A DNA stretch of 64,000 nt from Octopus sinensis. Lineage: Eukaryota. This document shows, piece after piece, positions 41,146 through 52,768 of this stretch. The notes beneath the pieces were generated by a model that was given only the letters and a program-made list of their open reading frames with translations, had not been told where the DNA came from and ran no database searches. The position numbers and the translations under genes were made by a program. The number at the start of each line of letters is the position of its first letter. The stretch's first letter is position 1. The stretch covers positions 39,618,001 to 39,682,000 of the forward strand of contig NC_043015.1 of NCBI RefSeq assembly GCF_006345805.1, written 5' to 3'.

Positions 41146-42434
41146 TGGTTAATATCCACAGTTCTTAACTGGGAGGAAATTTGGGGGTTTTTCCTGTGGA
41201 GGAAATAAATTTTGAGTTGAACAATTTTTATTCTCAGTGGATTTGTTTGACTTTTTTTTTTTGGTGAATGTTGATTCGAAGGCTGTTAAATTAAGATAAG
41301 GTCGTTAATGTTATGTTAGACTGCCATTTTTTTTTATTTACCATATTTGGATGGTTGGTTGGGGGTGGGGGGGGGTCATAGAAGGGAAAGTTCTGGAAAC
41401 ACTGAATTAGATTTTCTTTTTGGCATTTCTAAATGAAGTTTGTTGGCCAACTTCAGGGTTCTATCTACTCCTTTACCTTTGACCCATGACCAGTCTATTA
41501 TTGACCCCACTTTAATTTACTAACCTTGACCCACTGTTTCCATTTTTTTTTTTTTTTTTTTGATAAAAGGGCTTAGCTGTATGGTACAAACATTCACCTA
41601 GCACCCATGTGGACCCAGTTTCAATTCCCCTTCGTGACACCTCTATTCCTGTCTTCTATTGTAGCCTCAAGTGGACTGAGATTTTGGGAGTGAAATTCGG
41701 TATAATGGAAACTGGAGTGAAACCCGTGATGTTTGTGTGCATGTGTGTGTGTTTATCTATTATTCACGTTATTTCAGAAAGTGACTTAGCCGTTCAGCAA
41801 ATCGTAGTTTGTAAAGTACCAGACTGAAATAATTATTAGGGTTGGTGGATTAAAGCACCTTTGGAGGTGGTGCTCCAGAATGACCGCAGACCGGTGAGAG
41901 AAATTGGTAAAGAATGTAGGTGTGTCAGTTTTAGGACAAATAGATCATGTTGTAAGAGGCAGCCAAAAGGGGTGGGGACAGGAAGGACGTCTGGCCGTTA
42001 AACCCTACCTAAGAGTACCTGTTCAACCCATGCCGTCATGAGAAAGTAGACGTAAAACGATAACAATGTGTGTGTGTACGATTTTGTATGTCTATTTTCT
42101 AATATTTTTTTTTATTGAGAAATTTCTAAGTACACTTTTGTTGTGGTTGCACCTAATAAAACTACGTCTTTCCTTTGCTCGTGTTGAATCATCAGGTGGT
42201 TTCACCTATAAAGGATTAACGAAACCGGTTCTTAATCTGCTTAAAGCAAACAGACATATTTCATTTTTTCCTTACGTAATTGATTGCGCTGGAGTACCTG
42301 ATGTAAGGGAGGTAACTTCTCTGTTCTTCGTCGACTTTAATCAGGTTTGTTATAACGCAACACCTAGTTGCCTCTCTCTCTCCGTAACGATAACGTTCTA
42401 GCACACACGCACACACACACACACTGTGCAATAG

Positions 42435-42650
42435 ATCTTTTCTACTCTAGGCACGAGGCCTGAAATTTTGGGGGAAGGGGACAAGTCGATTACATCGACC
42501 CCAGTGCGTAACTGGTACTTAATTTATCGACCCTGAAAGGATGAAAGGCAAAGTGGACCTCAACGGAATTGGAACTCAGAACGTAGCAGCAGACGAAATA
42601 CCGCCGATTATTTCGCCCGGCGTGCTAACGATTCTGCCAGCTCGCCGCCT
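42435..42650 (-). mobile_element. Family A SINE with alternative tail (..ccccaaaatttcaggc..gtgcct.gagtagaaa)
   Basis: Same head and core as family A with a different 3' tail. Related copies at about 215-645, 14985-15135, 50620-50800, 58105-58275 (minus) and 18548-18770, 22560-22780, 27330-27460 (plus). Confidence 0.8.
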
Positions 42651-42872
42651 CAAACTGTGGCCATTATGGGGCACCACCATGAAGGGTTTTAGTCGAACAA
42701 CTCTACTCCAGGACTTTTACTATTTTTTTTAAAGCCTAGTGCTTATTCCATTACACTCTTTTGCCAAAATGCTAAGCTGCAGGGGATGTAAACGCACCAA
42801 CACCGATTGCCAAGTGGTGATGGGGAGACAAACACAGACACAAAGACACACACACACTTGGTGACACTGCCA

Positions 42873-43574
42873 GTGCTGGTGGCACATAAAAAGAATCCAG
42901 TCCACAGTGTAAAGTGACAGGCATTTGGAAGGGTACCCAGCTGTAAAAACCATGCCAAAACAGACCTCGCTTGTGCTGGTGGCACATAAAAAGCATCCAG
43001 TCCACAGTGTAAAGTGACAGGCATTTGGAAGGGTACCCAGCTGTAAAAACCATGCCAAAACAGACCTCGCTTGTGCTGGTGGCACATAAAAAGCATCCAG
43101 TCCACAGTGTAAAGTGACAGGCATTTGGAAGGGTACCCAGCTGTAAAAACCATGCCAAAACAGACCTCGCTTGTGCTGGTGGCACATAAAAAGCATCCAG
43201 TCCACAGTGTAAAGTGACAGGCATTTGAAGGGTACCCAGCTGTAAAAACCATGCCAAAACAGACCTCGCTTGTGCTGGTGGCACATAAAAAGCATCCAGT
43301 CCACAGTGTAAAGTGACAGGCATTTGAAGGGTACCCAGCTGTAAAAACCATGCCAAAAAGACCTCGCTTGTGCTGTGGGGCACATAAAAAGCATCCAGTC
43401 CACAGTGTAAGTGACAGGACAGGCATTTGGAAGGGTACCCAGCTGTAAAAACCATGCCAAAACAGACCTCGCTTGTGCTGGTGGCACATAAAAAGCATCC
43501 AGTCCACAGTGTAAAGTGACAGGCATTTGGAAGGGTACCCAGCTGTAAAAACCATGCCAAAACAGACCTCGCTT
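42873..43574 (+). repeat. Tandem array of seven ~100-bp units derived from the RTE 3' UTR
   Basis: Unit starts (gtgctg.tggcacataaaaag) at 42873, 42973, 43073, 43173, 43272, 43370 and 43475. A non-repeated RTE tail follows to about 43765. Confidence 0.95.
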
Positions 43575-44198
43575 GTGCTGGTGCTACATAAAAAAAGGCC
43601 CTCGGTCCACTCTGCAAGGTGGTTGGTGTTAGGAAGGGCATCCTGTCAGAAAAACCCTACCAAAAGAGACACAGTAGCCTAGGGTAGTATTTCTACCTGG
43701 CTGGCTCCTCTCAACTGTCCTACCCATGTATGTATGGAAGATGAATGTTAAACAATGATGATGATGGTATATACGACAGGCTTCTTTCAGTTTCCATCTA
43801 CCAAATACACTCACAGAGTTTTGTTCAACCCGAGGCTGTAGTAGAAGACACTTGCCCAAGGTGACACACAGTGGGACTGAACCCAGAACCATGTGGTTGG
43901 TAAGCAAGCTACTTACCACACAGCCACACCCACACCTATATATATATATCTATTTCTTTATTGCCCACAAGGGGCTAGACATAGAGGGGACAAACAAGGA
44001 CAGACAAAGGGATTAAGTCAATTACATCGAGCCCAGTGCGTAACTGGTACTTAATTTATCGACCCCGAAAGGATGAAAGGCAAAGTCGACCTCGGCGGAA
44101 TTTGAACTCAGAACGTAACGACAGATTAAATACGGCTACGCATTTCGCCCGGCGTGCTAACGTTTCTGCCAGCTCGCCGCCTTATATATATATATACA

Positions 44199-44241
<43 letters not shown>

Positions 44242-45518
44242 TTTACTTGTTTCAGTCTTTAGACTCTGGCCATGCTGGAGCACTGCCTTCAAGAAAATTT
44301 TAGTTGAATGAATTGACACCCCCCACCTATACTTATTTTTTTTTATAACGCTTGGTAATTATTCTATCTGTCTCTTTTTGGCAACATGCTACATCACAGG
44401 GACAGAAACACAAACACCATTTGTCAAACTGTGGTGGGGGACAAACACACACACACACAGATATATATATATATATATATGTATATATAATGTAAAATAT
44501 AGAAGCCATCTTGATGGCTTCTATACTTTACATTATCGAGCGATTACTGTTTACATCTCATTCTGAGATTTAATATGTATATATATTTATATATATACAA
44601 CAGGCTTCTTTCAGTTTCTGCCTACCAAATCCACTCACAATGGTATGGTTTCTATGGAGTTTATGAAGTAGACAGTGAGATAGCTATGGATTATTCTAAA
44701 TTGATTATTCTTGGTGAGGTTATTGTTGTTGTTTAACCACAAGTCAACCCTAATTGTACAGATCTTTAATCAAATGTCTCTAGTCATGACTGTCCCATCT
44801 TTTACTCCGGCATAGTGTATCTAGGATTACGTTGTCCAGTGTATTCTGTCTTTATTAAGGTAGTAGCATCTGATTGAGAGGAAAATTGGCTGCTGTTTGG
44901 AGCAGGTCAAGCAACGAAATAGTCGTTCCCAAATTGGTCTGACATTAGCGAAGATGGCGCCAGAGATGGAAATACGTTTTGAAAGGAAGTAATTTCTGAT
45001 GAAGCCGAAGACAAGACGTGGTGGTAGTGGTGGGAGTAGATGTATTGTATAAGGAATGGTTTACAAAGGAGGCGGAGGGGTTGAAGGGGTTTATTGCTCT
45101 GTTGGTAGGCAGCCAGGTGAGTGGGAAGGCAGTTGAAGGCTACTTGAAGAGAGGTAATCAATGTTTTTACCTGAGGTAACCACAGAACAGATAAACCAGT
45201 CTGTTCTGTTTAAAATAACGAGAGATGTGATTTAATTTTCGTTGTTAACAAATGTAATTAGAGCTATAATTTTAATTTCAGATAATTGCTTCTTGACTTC
45301 ATATCGTCCAGCTGCAGGCATTGCCTTGGGCTAAATGAGCAAAACACTACAACTCTTGTTTGTCCAACACATCTTCTTTAATTATAGAAAACACTGTTTT
45401 GCATCAGTTTTTATCTCTTTACTGTCTTTCCTCTTGATTCAATATTGTAGCTGTTGTTGCTTCCGCTTGTGTTTACTGTGTCAATAAGTGTGCATGTGTG
45501 CATATGTGTATTCACACA

Positions 45519-45558
<40 letters not shown>

Positions 45559-46008
45559 ACACACACATGAATACGTGTGAGTTTGTGCAATCAAACCAGA
45601 AAACAGTCAATATTATGAAAATACAGTTTATTTACATTCAAGGTGAAAATTTCATCATGGCGTAATATACTAATTACTACAAACTTCGTTAGCAATCTTT
45701 AATTGAACTTGTAGCAGTCGAATTACTCAACTTGGAAGTACCTGTAAAATATCTAATGATAAGTGTGTGTGTATATGTGTGTGCATATATGTATGTGTAT
45801 ATATATACACACACAAACACGTGTACACACACTTCTTTCTGCCACCTCTCCTCTTTCTTTTCTTTTTTCTGATGGAGGACTAGTGCCCAAATCATTAATG
45901 ATCCTGTCTTCAAGTGTTATACAAATATCACCTTTTGTTAAAGCTTCTCTCTTGGTTTTTTTTCTTATTTTTACTCATTAATCTCTCTCTCTCTCTCTCT
46001 CTCTTTCA

Positions 46009-46042
<34 letters not shown>

Positions 46043-47059
46043 AATTTATGAAACTTCACAAATCATTGAGTTCCTCATTGCCAATAATTATGTAAAGATC
46101 AGCCCCAGGGTGTATCAATTTGTGAAGTTTCACCTACCAAGACATTATTATATCACTCTACCTACTGTATTGAGCTCTTTGTTCCTTGTTTACACTAATA
46201 TGCATACATACAACAATGTATTATATGTGCATATATATATGCACATACCTGCATTCATATGTGTGTATATAGGAACATTGTTCAGGTGGAAATGCTGTGT
46301 TCAATAGAAAGCCACAATGTTTAAAAGTCAGTCGTATCACTCAAGTGTTTGTTTATTTTCAGAGTCGTGGACTCACACCTGAGGTAAATACTCTATACTC
46401 GCACACAAGACATTTTCTCTATCGGTGTTGTCTCTTGGTTGGCTGTTTATGTGTCTCTTTGTTGCTTCTCGGCTAATGTCAATATATTTGTTTATGGAGA
46501 GCGAGAGTGGGGCCGGAGGAGGAGAAAGTGCATGTGTTGGCAAGAAAGTTGAAATGCAAGTTTTGTACACAAACACACACACACACACACATACGTACGT
46601 ACGTACGTATGTATGTATGTATATATATATATTTATATATATATGTATATGTATGTATGTATGTATATATATATATATATATATATATGTTGTGTGTGCT
46701 TGTGTAGAAGTGTTTCTGTGTACCAGTCGTATATATCTGGGGTGTGTGATCCTCAACTTTTTTCTTTTTTTATTTATGCCAAAAGAGAGTCTGTGAATGG
46801 TGAAAATTGAATCAAAGCATGAACCGTACTCAGTATTGTGAAAGCCGTGCCATTATTTTGCTGTAAAAGACCAGCTGCTGTTGTTCTTCCAATGTCTGTG
46901 TGCATGACTGCTCAGTGGCCTGCATGTCATCATCTTACCATTTCCAGATATTCTATTTTGCAAAAGAAATTCTTGAGAAATAATTTTGAAATGTAATTGA
47001 ATGAAATGCTAAAGTTTTTATTCTGATGTTAGATTGTTGGAAGTTATAAGCATAAATTC

Positions 47060-47510
47060 TTTATGTGTGTGTGTGTGTGTCTGTGTGTGAGTGTATATGT
47101 GTGAGTGTGTGTGTGTGAGTGTATGTGTGTATGTGTGTGTGTGTGTGTGAGTGTATATGTGTGAGTGTGTGTGTGTGAGTGTATGTGTGTGTGTGTGTTT
47201 GAGTGTGTGTGTGTGTGAGTGTGTGTGTGTGTGTGAGTGTGTGTGAGTGTGTGGTGTGTGTGTGTGTGTGTGTGTGTGTGTGGTGTGAGTGTGTGTGTTG
47301 TGTGTGTGTGTGAGTGTGTGTGTGTGTGAGTGTGTGTGGTGTGTGTGTGTGAGTGTATGTGTGTGAGTGTGTGTGTGTGGTGTGTGGTGTGTGAGTGTAT
47401 GAGTGTGTGTGTGTGAGTGCGTGTGTGTGTGTGTGAGTGTGTGTGTGTGTGAGTGTGTGTATATTGTTTTGTGTATATTGTGTGTGTGTGTGTGTGAGTG
47501 TGTGTATATT
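47060..47510. repeat. Long interrupted (TG)n tract
   Basis: About 450 bp of TG repeats with AG/TA interruptions. Confidence 0.97.
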
Positions 47511-48312
47511 GTTTTTAGATGGTTCCTTTGTTTCTTCAACTTTATATGAATGTCTTTAAATCACTTAATTTTAACCATTCTTGCTTTTTCTTTTACATCC
47601 TGTTTGTGACACCAGTGCCACCAGTGCCACTTTATATTTTTCTTCAGATTTTTTTTAGGTTCTATTTTTTTCTATTTTTTCCATTAATTTTTCTTTGGAT
47701 CTCTTCATTAATTGTGTTTCATAATAATGAAGAATTGGCCTTCACTGTTTTCCAGGATACACACACAGACATTCTCTTTTCCCCAATGAAATACATTGAA
47801 TTCTTTGGCATGCTATGAAATTTCTTGATGTAATATTATTCCTTTATTCACAGCACCATTCCAAGAATGCAAAGACCTGCTGTCACTTTATTGCTAGAAT
47901 TATAAAACACAACATTAATTTAATTTGAAATGAGTTAAAAAAATTATGCAAAACGAACAAAACTGTCTCGCTGTTTTGTTGACCTTCCTTTAACTATTCC
48001 AAAGCTTTCACCCAATTAGGCAAAGATTTAATTAAATTATCAATGATTGACTGAACCATGTTTGCTCATTCCGCAGTCAATGCTTCTCTTCTCTAATTGA
48101 TGGAATTTTGGCTGATCTTCCTTGCAGCCTTCTCTTAAAATATTCTTGTGTGTTCTTTTGGAGTAAGACTGGGTATTTGAACAATTCAGTTCAGAGATTC
48201 AATTCTGTGAATTCTTTTCCAAACTTGTGATACCTTGCTTGTATGATATGGGGCATTCCATCAACTAAATTGGTAACAGTTCTATATTTAAGAGATGAGG
48301 AATTATGTACAT

Positions 48313-48545
48313 TATTTACATATTTGATGGATATTTGTCCTCATCTTGTTTGTTGTTAACACAACGTTTTGGTTGATATAATAATAATAATAATAACAAC
48401 AACAACATCGAAAAATACCTTAGGAATGAGAACCCAGGTTTGAAATTTCTCCAAGACACCTGATGAAGGCTGGAGGGTATATCAGCCGAAACGTTGTGTT
48501 AACAACAAACAAGATGAGGACAAATATTGGTCAAATGTAAATTGA
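48313..48545. mobile_element. Penelope-like element pseudo-LTR remnant in inverted (tail-to-tail) arrangement
   Basis: 48331-48380 is the reverse complement of 48478-48527 (2 C>T changes), extending imperfectly further. It carries a hammerhead motif. Inverted pLTRs with hammerheads are characteristic of PLEs. Confidence 0.65.
48455..48500 (+). ncRNA. Minimal type I hammerhead ribozyme motif (Penelope-like element type)
   Basis: GACAC [CTGATGA] A GGCTG gagggtatat CAGCC [GAAA] CG [TT] GTGTT. Stem I is GACAC/GTGTT (4 WC pairs + G.U) and stem II is GGCTG/CAGCC. The core CUGAUGA...GAAA is intact, stem III is the short palindrome ACGT, and the predicted cleavage is after 48495. Confidence 0.75.
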
Positions 48546-49970
48546 TAACATTTAAAAAATATTCCAGTGATTTTCGACAAAACTGAGCTCTGCTCTACTC
48601 ATCCCCCAAACTACCCTCTCCAATACAATGACCCCCTACTCCTCCATGGTCAGCTGTTCCTTACAAGCAACCTGGATCCTATAGTTCAGTTTTGTTGCCC
48701 CCACCCCCACCCCATACATATATTTTCCTTGAATTAAAAACATTATCAGAATTCGATTTTGTCAGACTGTATTGTTGACCACATTATTCCTTGCAACAGA
48801 ATTCTTTTTGATTTTCTGGCTTTTGAAGGAATCATTATCTTCTTTCTTGCAACTCTTCATATCCAACATGTTTCAATGCCTGTTCTTTCACAATACGGCA
48901 ACATAGCCATAGAATTTGCTATAGATTTTAATTACAAGTCGATATTTAATAACTTCCTTCTTAATTGTCATCTTTGTCCTGTCACAAACATTCTGCGACC
49001 TCCATGACCTCATCTGAACTCAGCAATACCCTTCTTCACACCACCCCTTAACAATGTTATCCATTGTCTGGTGATTAACATCAAAGAGTAAAAGCTTGTG
49101 GCTAAGTGGTCAGGGTATTTGGCTCACAACTGTAAGGCCGTGAGTTTGATTTCCAGCAGTGTGTTGTGTCCTTGGGCAAGACACTTTGTTTCATGTTGTT
49201 CCAGTCCACTCAGCTGGCTAAAATGAGCTGCACCTGTATTTCAAAGGCTCGGCCTTGTTACAATTAGTGTCATGTTGAATCTCCTTGAGAACTACGTCAA
49301 GGGTACCTGTGTCTGTGGAGTACTCAGCCACTTGCATGTTAATTTCACAAGCAGGCTTGTTCCATTGATCGGATCAACTGAAACCCTCTTCATCGTTGTA
49401 ATTGATGGAGTGCCAGAACATTGAACGTCGGTCCATTCAGCTCTTTTGAGACTTTGGGTTATGGTTTTCTTATTAGTTTTGTTTAGTTGTTAGAGTTGCA
49501 CCCGAAAATAGGAAAGAAAATGTGTGGGGAGAGGGGACATCATCTGTTATTGAAACCGGAGGAAATTCTTTGTTGGGTGCTTCTGGGACCCTGGCTCTGC
49601 ATCCAGACTACCTTTTCTTCACATGGCATTAATATATACCAGAGTCTAGGATTTTTGGACAAGCGAGTATGAAGAGTGACACAAGCCTGTACCACCTAAA
49701 TTCATTGAATGTGTTAGCGTTAGGAAGGGCATCCAGCTGTAGAAACACTGCCAGATCAGACTGGAGCCTGGTGCAGCCATCTGGCTTCCCAGACCCCGGT
49801 CGAACCATCCAACCCGTACTAGCACGGAAAACGGGCGTTGAACGATGGTGATGATGATGATGATGATGTGTGTAGGTGTGTATAAATAAACAAACATATT
49901 TCAAAAATGTTGCACAGTCATGTTTTTACATTCATGCTATAGTGATTTTTACATGTGCATATATATGTGT

Positions 49971-50013
<43 letters not shown>

Positions 50014-51029
50014 CACATACAATATCCCAAGTATACATCAGCACACATACATTGTTTCACATGGATGCCTGCTCCATGAATAACTCAAACCTGTTTGAAT
50101 GTAAGACTTTAATTGAAAGGTGTATAAAAAAGCCATGGAAGAATGCTACAATTGACGTCAAAGCAGGTGAGTAATGAATTAAGCTGGATGAGTGATGGAT
50201 AAAGGAAATGTGGAAATAAATGTTGGTCGTAAAGAATTTTCTTTATCTAATAAGAAAATATAATAAAAATCTATTAAACTCATATAAATTTATAAAAAAT
50301 ATTGTATTTTAATAAAATTGTGAATTAAAATTGATTTTTTAAAAATGGTTTTAAAAAAAGTGAAGATAAAATGAATCAAAATTGATTTTAAAACAGCTTC
50401 AGGTGAAATGAACAAAAATTGAGAAAAGAGAATTGGTGTTAGTAGATCAGGGAACCAAGGAACCAGAACACCAAAATAAAGTAGTAAGGGTTGGGGTTGC
50501 TTAAATGGATGTGTAGAGTTACCAGAAGTGACAAGAGCTTTTCAGAAAGGAGTTTACAAAAGTTAAAATGACTGTGAAAACTTCAGTGATTTTATCTGAA
50601 CAAAAATAACAGCAAAGTTCTTTTCTACTCTAGGCACATGTCCCCAAATTTTGGGGGAAGGGGCCAGTCAATTAGATCGACCCCGAAAGGATGAAAGGCA
50701 AAGTCGACCTCGGTGGAATTTGGATTCAGAACGTAAAGATAGATGAAATACTGGTAAGCATTTCACCCAGTGTGCTAACACTTCTGCCAGCTTGCTGCCT
50801 TTTATTGTTTATGTGTCTGCAAGGTGGTGAGCTGGTGAAACCTTTAGCAAGCCAGGTGAAATGCTCAGTGGCATTTTGTTCTTTACGTTCTGTGTTCAAA
50901 TTCTGCTGAGGTCGACTTTGCCCTTCATCTTTTTGCGGTTGTTAAAATAAGTACCAGTTGAACGCTGGGGTTGATTTAATTGACTTTGTGCAAAAATTTG
51001 AAACCAAAATGTTATTTGTGTTAAGGCAG

Positions 51030-51455
51030 TTTGTAGCTGGCTAAAAGCCTTTTTAGTGCATATCAGCAAGAATTTAATAAGCTCTGGCCTGAGGTTTAAG
51101 ACATTGGAATTTTATAGCTTGAGAAGGATTTTCTTATTTAGGCATGACTGCCAGTGGAACCCAGGTGTGAAACTTGCACGGCAATATGGCTGTATGCAGC
51201 TTAGGATGAACAAAATAACTCTGTATGTATAGTAGGCTGTCTTTTCAATTAATCAGATATATTCTGATAAAGCAGCTAAGTGAGGTTGTTGAGTGTTACT
51301 GAAGGAATATCTGAGTTGGTAGAACTGTGATTTGAAATTGCTTTTGGTAAGCCTACTGTAGGACTTCGATACAGAGTTGTTGTTTTCTAACAAAATCTTA
51401 CATTTGAGTGGCTTTTACTTATTCATGGAATGTGTATCTGTGTAAAGGAATGTAT
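51030..51455 (-). pseudogene. Degenerate Penelope-like GIY-YIG endonuclease C-terminal fragment
   Basis: The minus strand reads SKSYSRLTKSNFKSQFYQLRYSF..AALSEYI*..ILSCIQPY..CLNKKILLK..LNLRPELI. This matches the PLE pattern YIG.T...FK.R...H..SF..LS.YIW..W.IL...PY..CL.EK..I..LN.R.ELI. Confidence 0.6.
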
Positions 51456-51594
51456 GTCGGGGTATGTGGATAGATATATATGTATGTATGTATACATGTG
51501 TATGTACAAAAAACTCAAGGCATGAATGTGAAGAACAAGAAAGCTTAAGAAATAAGTCTTGAGGTTGATTTATTTGACTAAAACGGCCGCAGTC

Positions 51595-52190
51595 AAATTC
51601 ACGACGGAACCCACTTGCAAAGAATTACCATTCCTGGATATCCATGTAAAAATACGTAATTCCACAACCACAACAGACATTTTACAAACAAACTGATATG
51701 CACCTATATTTGAATTTCTACACTTGCCATCCCTTGCATATCAAAAGGAACATCCCATACAGTATGGTAAGACATCTGTATTATAGTGGTTGACCCCAAA
51801 ATATGTCAAATCTGACTTGATGAACTAAAAGGTTTCCTAACAAAACAGAAATGCCCTTTAGGATTAATAAACAATGGAATTAAAAAGGCGATTGAAACTA
51901 ATCGTGCAAGTAAGGATACCAAAAGAAAGAACTAATGAACACACGATTCCATTTATCAATATGCACAATCCTGGGGTAGCCAACGTCTTTCATGCCGTTA
52001 AATCAAACCTACCTATCCTTCTACAAAGCCCCAAAATGGAAAATTTGATTCATGCAAACCTCTTACGAAATAGTAGATGCCAGCCAAAACATCTCAATAA
52101 ACAGCTCACAAGGGCAAAGTTCACATCAGTGAATGAATCAGAATTCTCTGTAAAAGATTGTGGAGATAGCAAATATGGAACAATTAACAA
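51595..52190 (+). pseudogene. Penelope-like retroelement RT C-terminus/thumb/linker fragment (frameshifted)
   Basis: Translates as KFTTE..KELPFLDI..TTTDI / TDMHLYLNFYTCHPLHIKRNIPYSMVR / LDELKGFLTKQKCPLGLINNGIKKA / IPFINMHNP..SNLPILLQS..SRCQPKHLNKQLTRAKF..CGDS, which are typical PLE RT motifs. Contains stops and frameshifts. Confidence 0.85.
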
Positions 52191-52292
52191 GTGCCTACCT
52201 GGACCATCTCAACGCCCACTGGAGCAGAAGTGCCCTATAGTTTAAATGAATAAAAGTGCTAATAATAAAAGAATTATCCAAAATCCTGACTG

Positions 52293-52351
<59 letters not shown>

Positions 52352-52352
52352 A

Positions 52353-52731
52353 GCGCAGGAGTGGCTGTGTGGTAAGTAGCTTGCTAACCAACCACATGGT
52401 TCCGGGTTCAGTCTCACTGCGTGGCATCTTGGGCAAGTGTTGCCTTGTGAGTGGATTTGGTAGACGGAAACTGAAAGAAGCCTGTCGTATGTATGTATAT
52501 ATTATATATGTATGTGTTTGTGTGTCTGTGTTTGTCCCCCTAGCATTGGTTGACAACCGATGCTGGTATGTTTACGTCCCAGTGACTTAGCGGTTCGGCA
52601 AAAAGAGACCGATAGAATAAGTACTGGGCTTACAAAAGAATAAGTCCCGGGGTCGAGTTGCTCGATTAAAGGCGGTGCTCCAGCATGGCCGCAGTCACAT
52701 GACTGAAGCAAGTAAAAAAGAGTAAAAAGAG

Positions 52732-52732
<1 letters not shown>
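52353..52732 (+). mobile_element. tRNA-derived CORE-like SINE, family B, young copy
   Basis: Head gcaggagtggctgtgtggtaag..ccgggttcagtc, ttgggcaagtg core-like segment, internal (TA/TG)n and tail ..ctccagcatggccgcagtca..aagtaaaaaagag. Confidence 0.9.

Positions 52733-52768
<36 letters not shown>

Noticed and set aside
42196-42302. Candidate internal exon (AG..GTAAGG, 107 nt)
   Set aside because: In phase 0 after DOCK exon 1 it stops after 7 codons, its length is not a multiple of 3, and it shows no DOCK similarity.
42729-43641. Three overlapping ~270-290 aa repetitive ORFs and a CRISPR-like appearance
   Set aside because: They come from the 100-bp RTE-UTR tandem array. Units are identical end to end with no unique spacers, and the DNA is eukaryotic.
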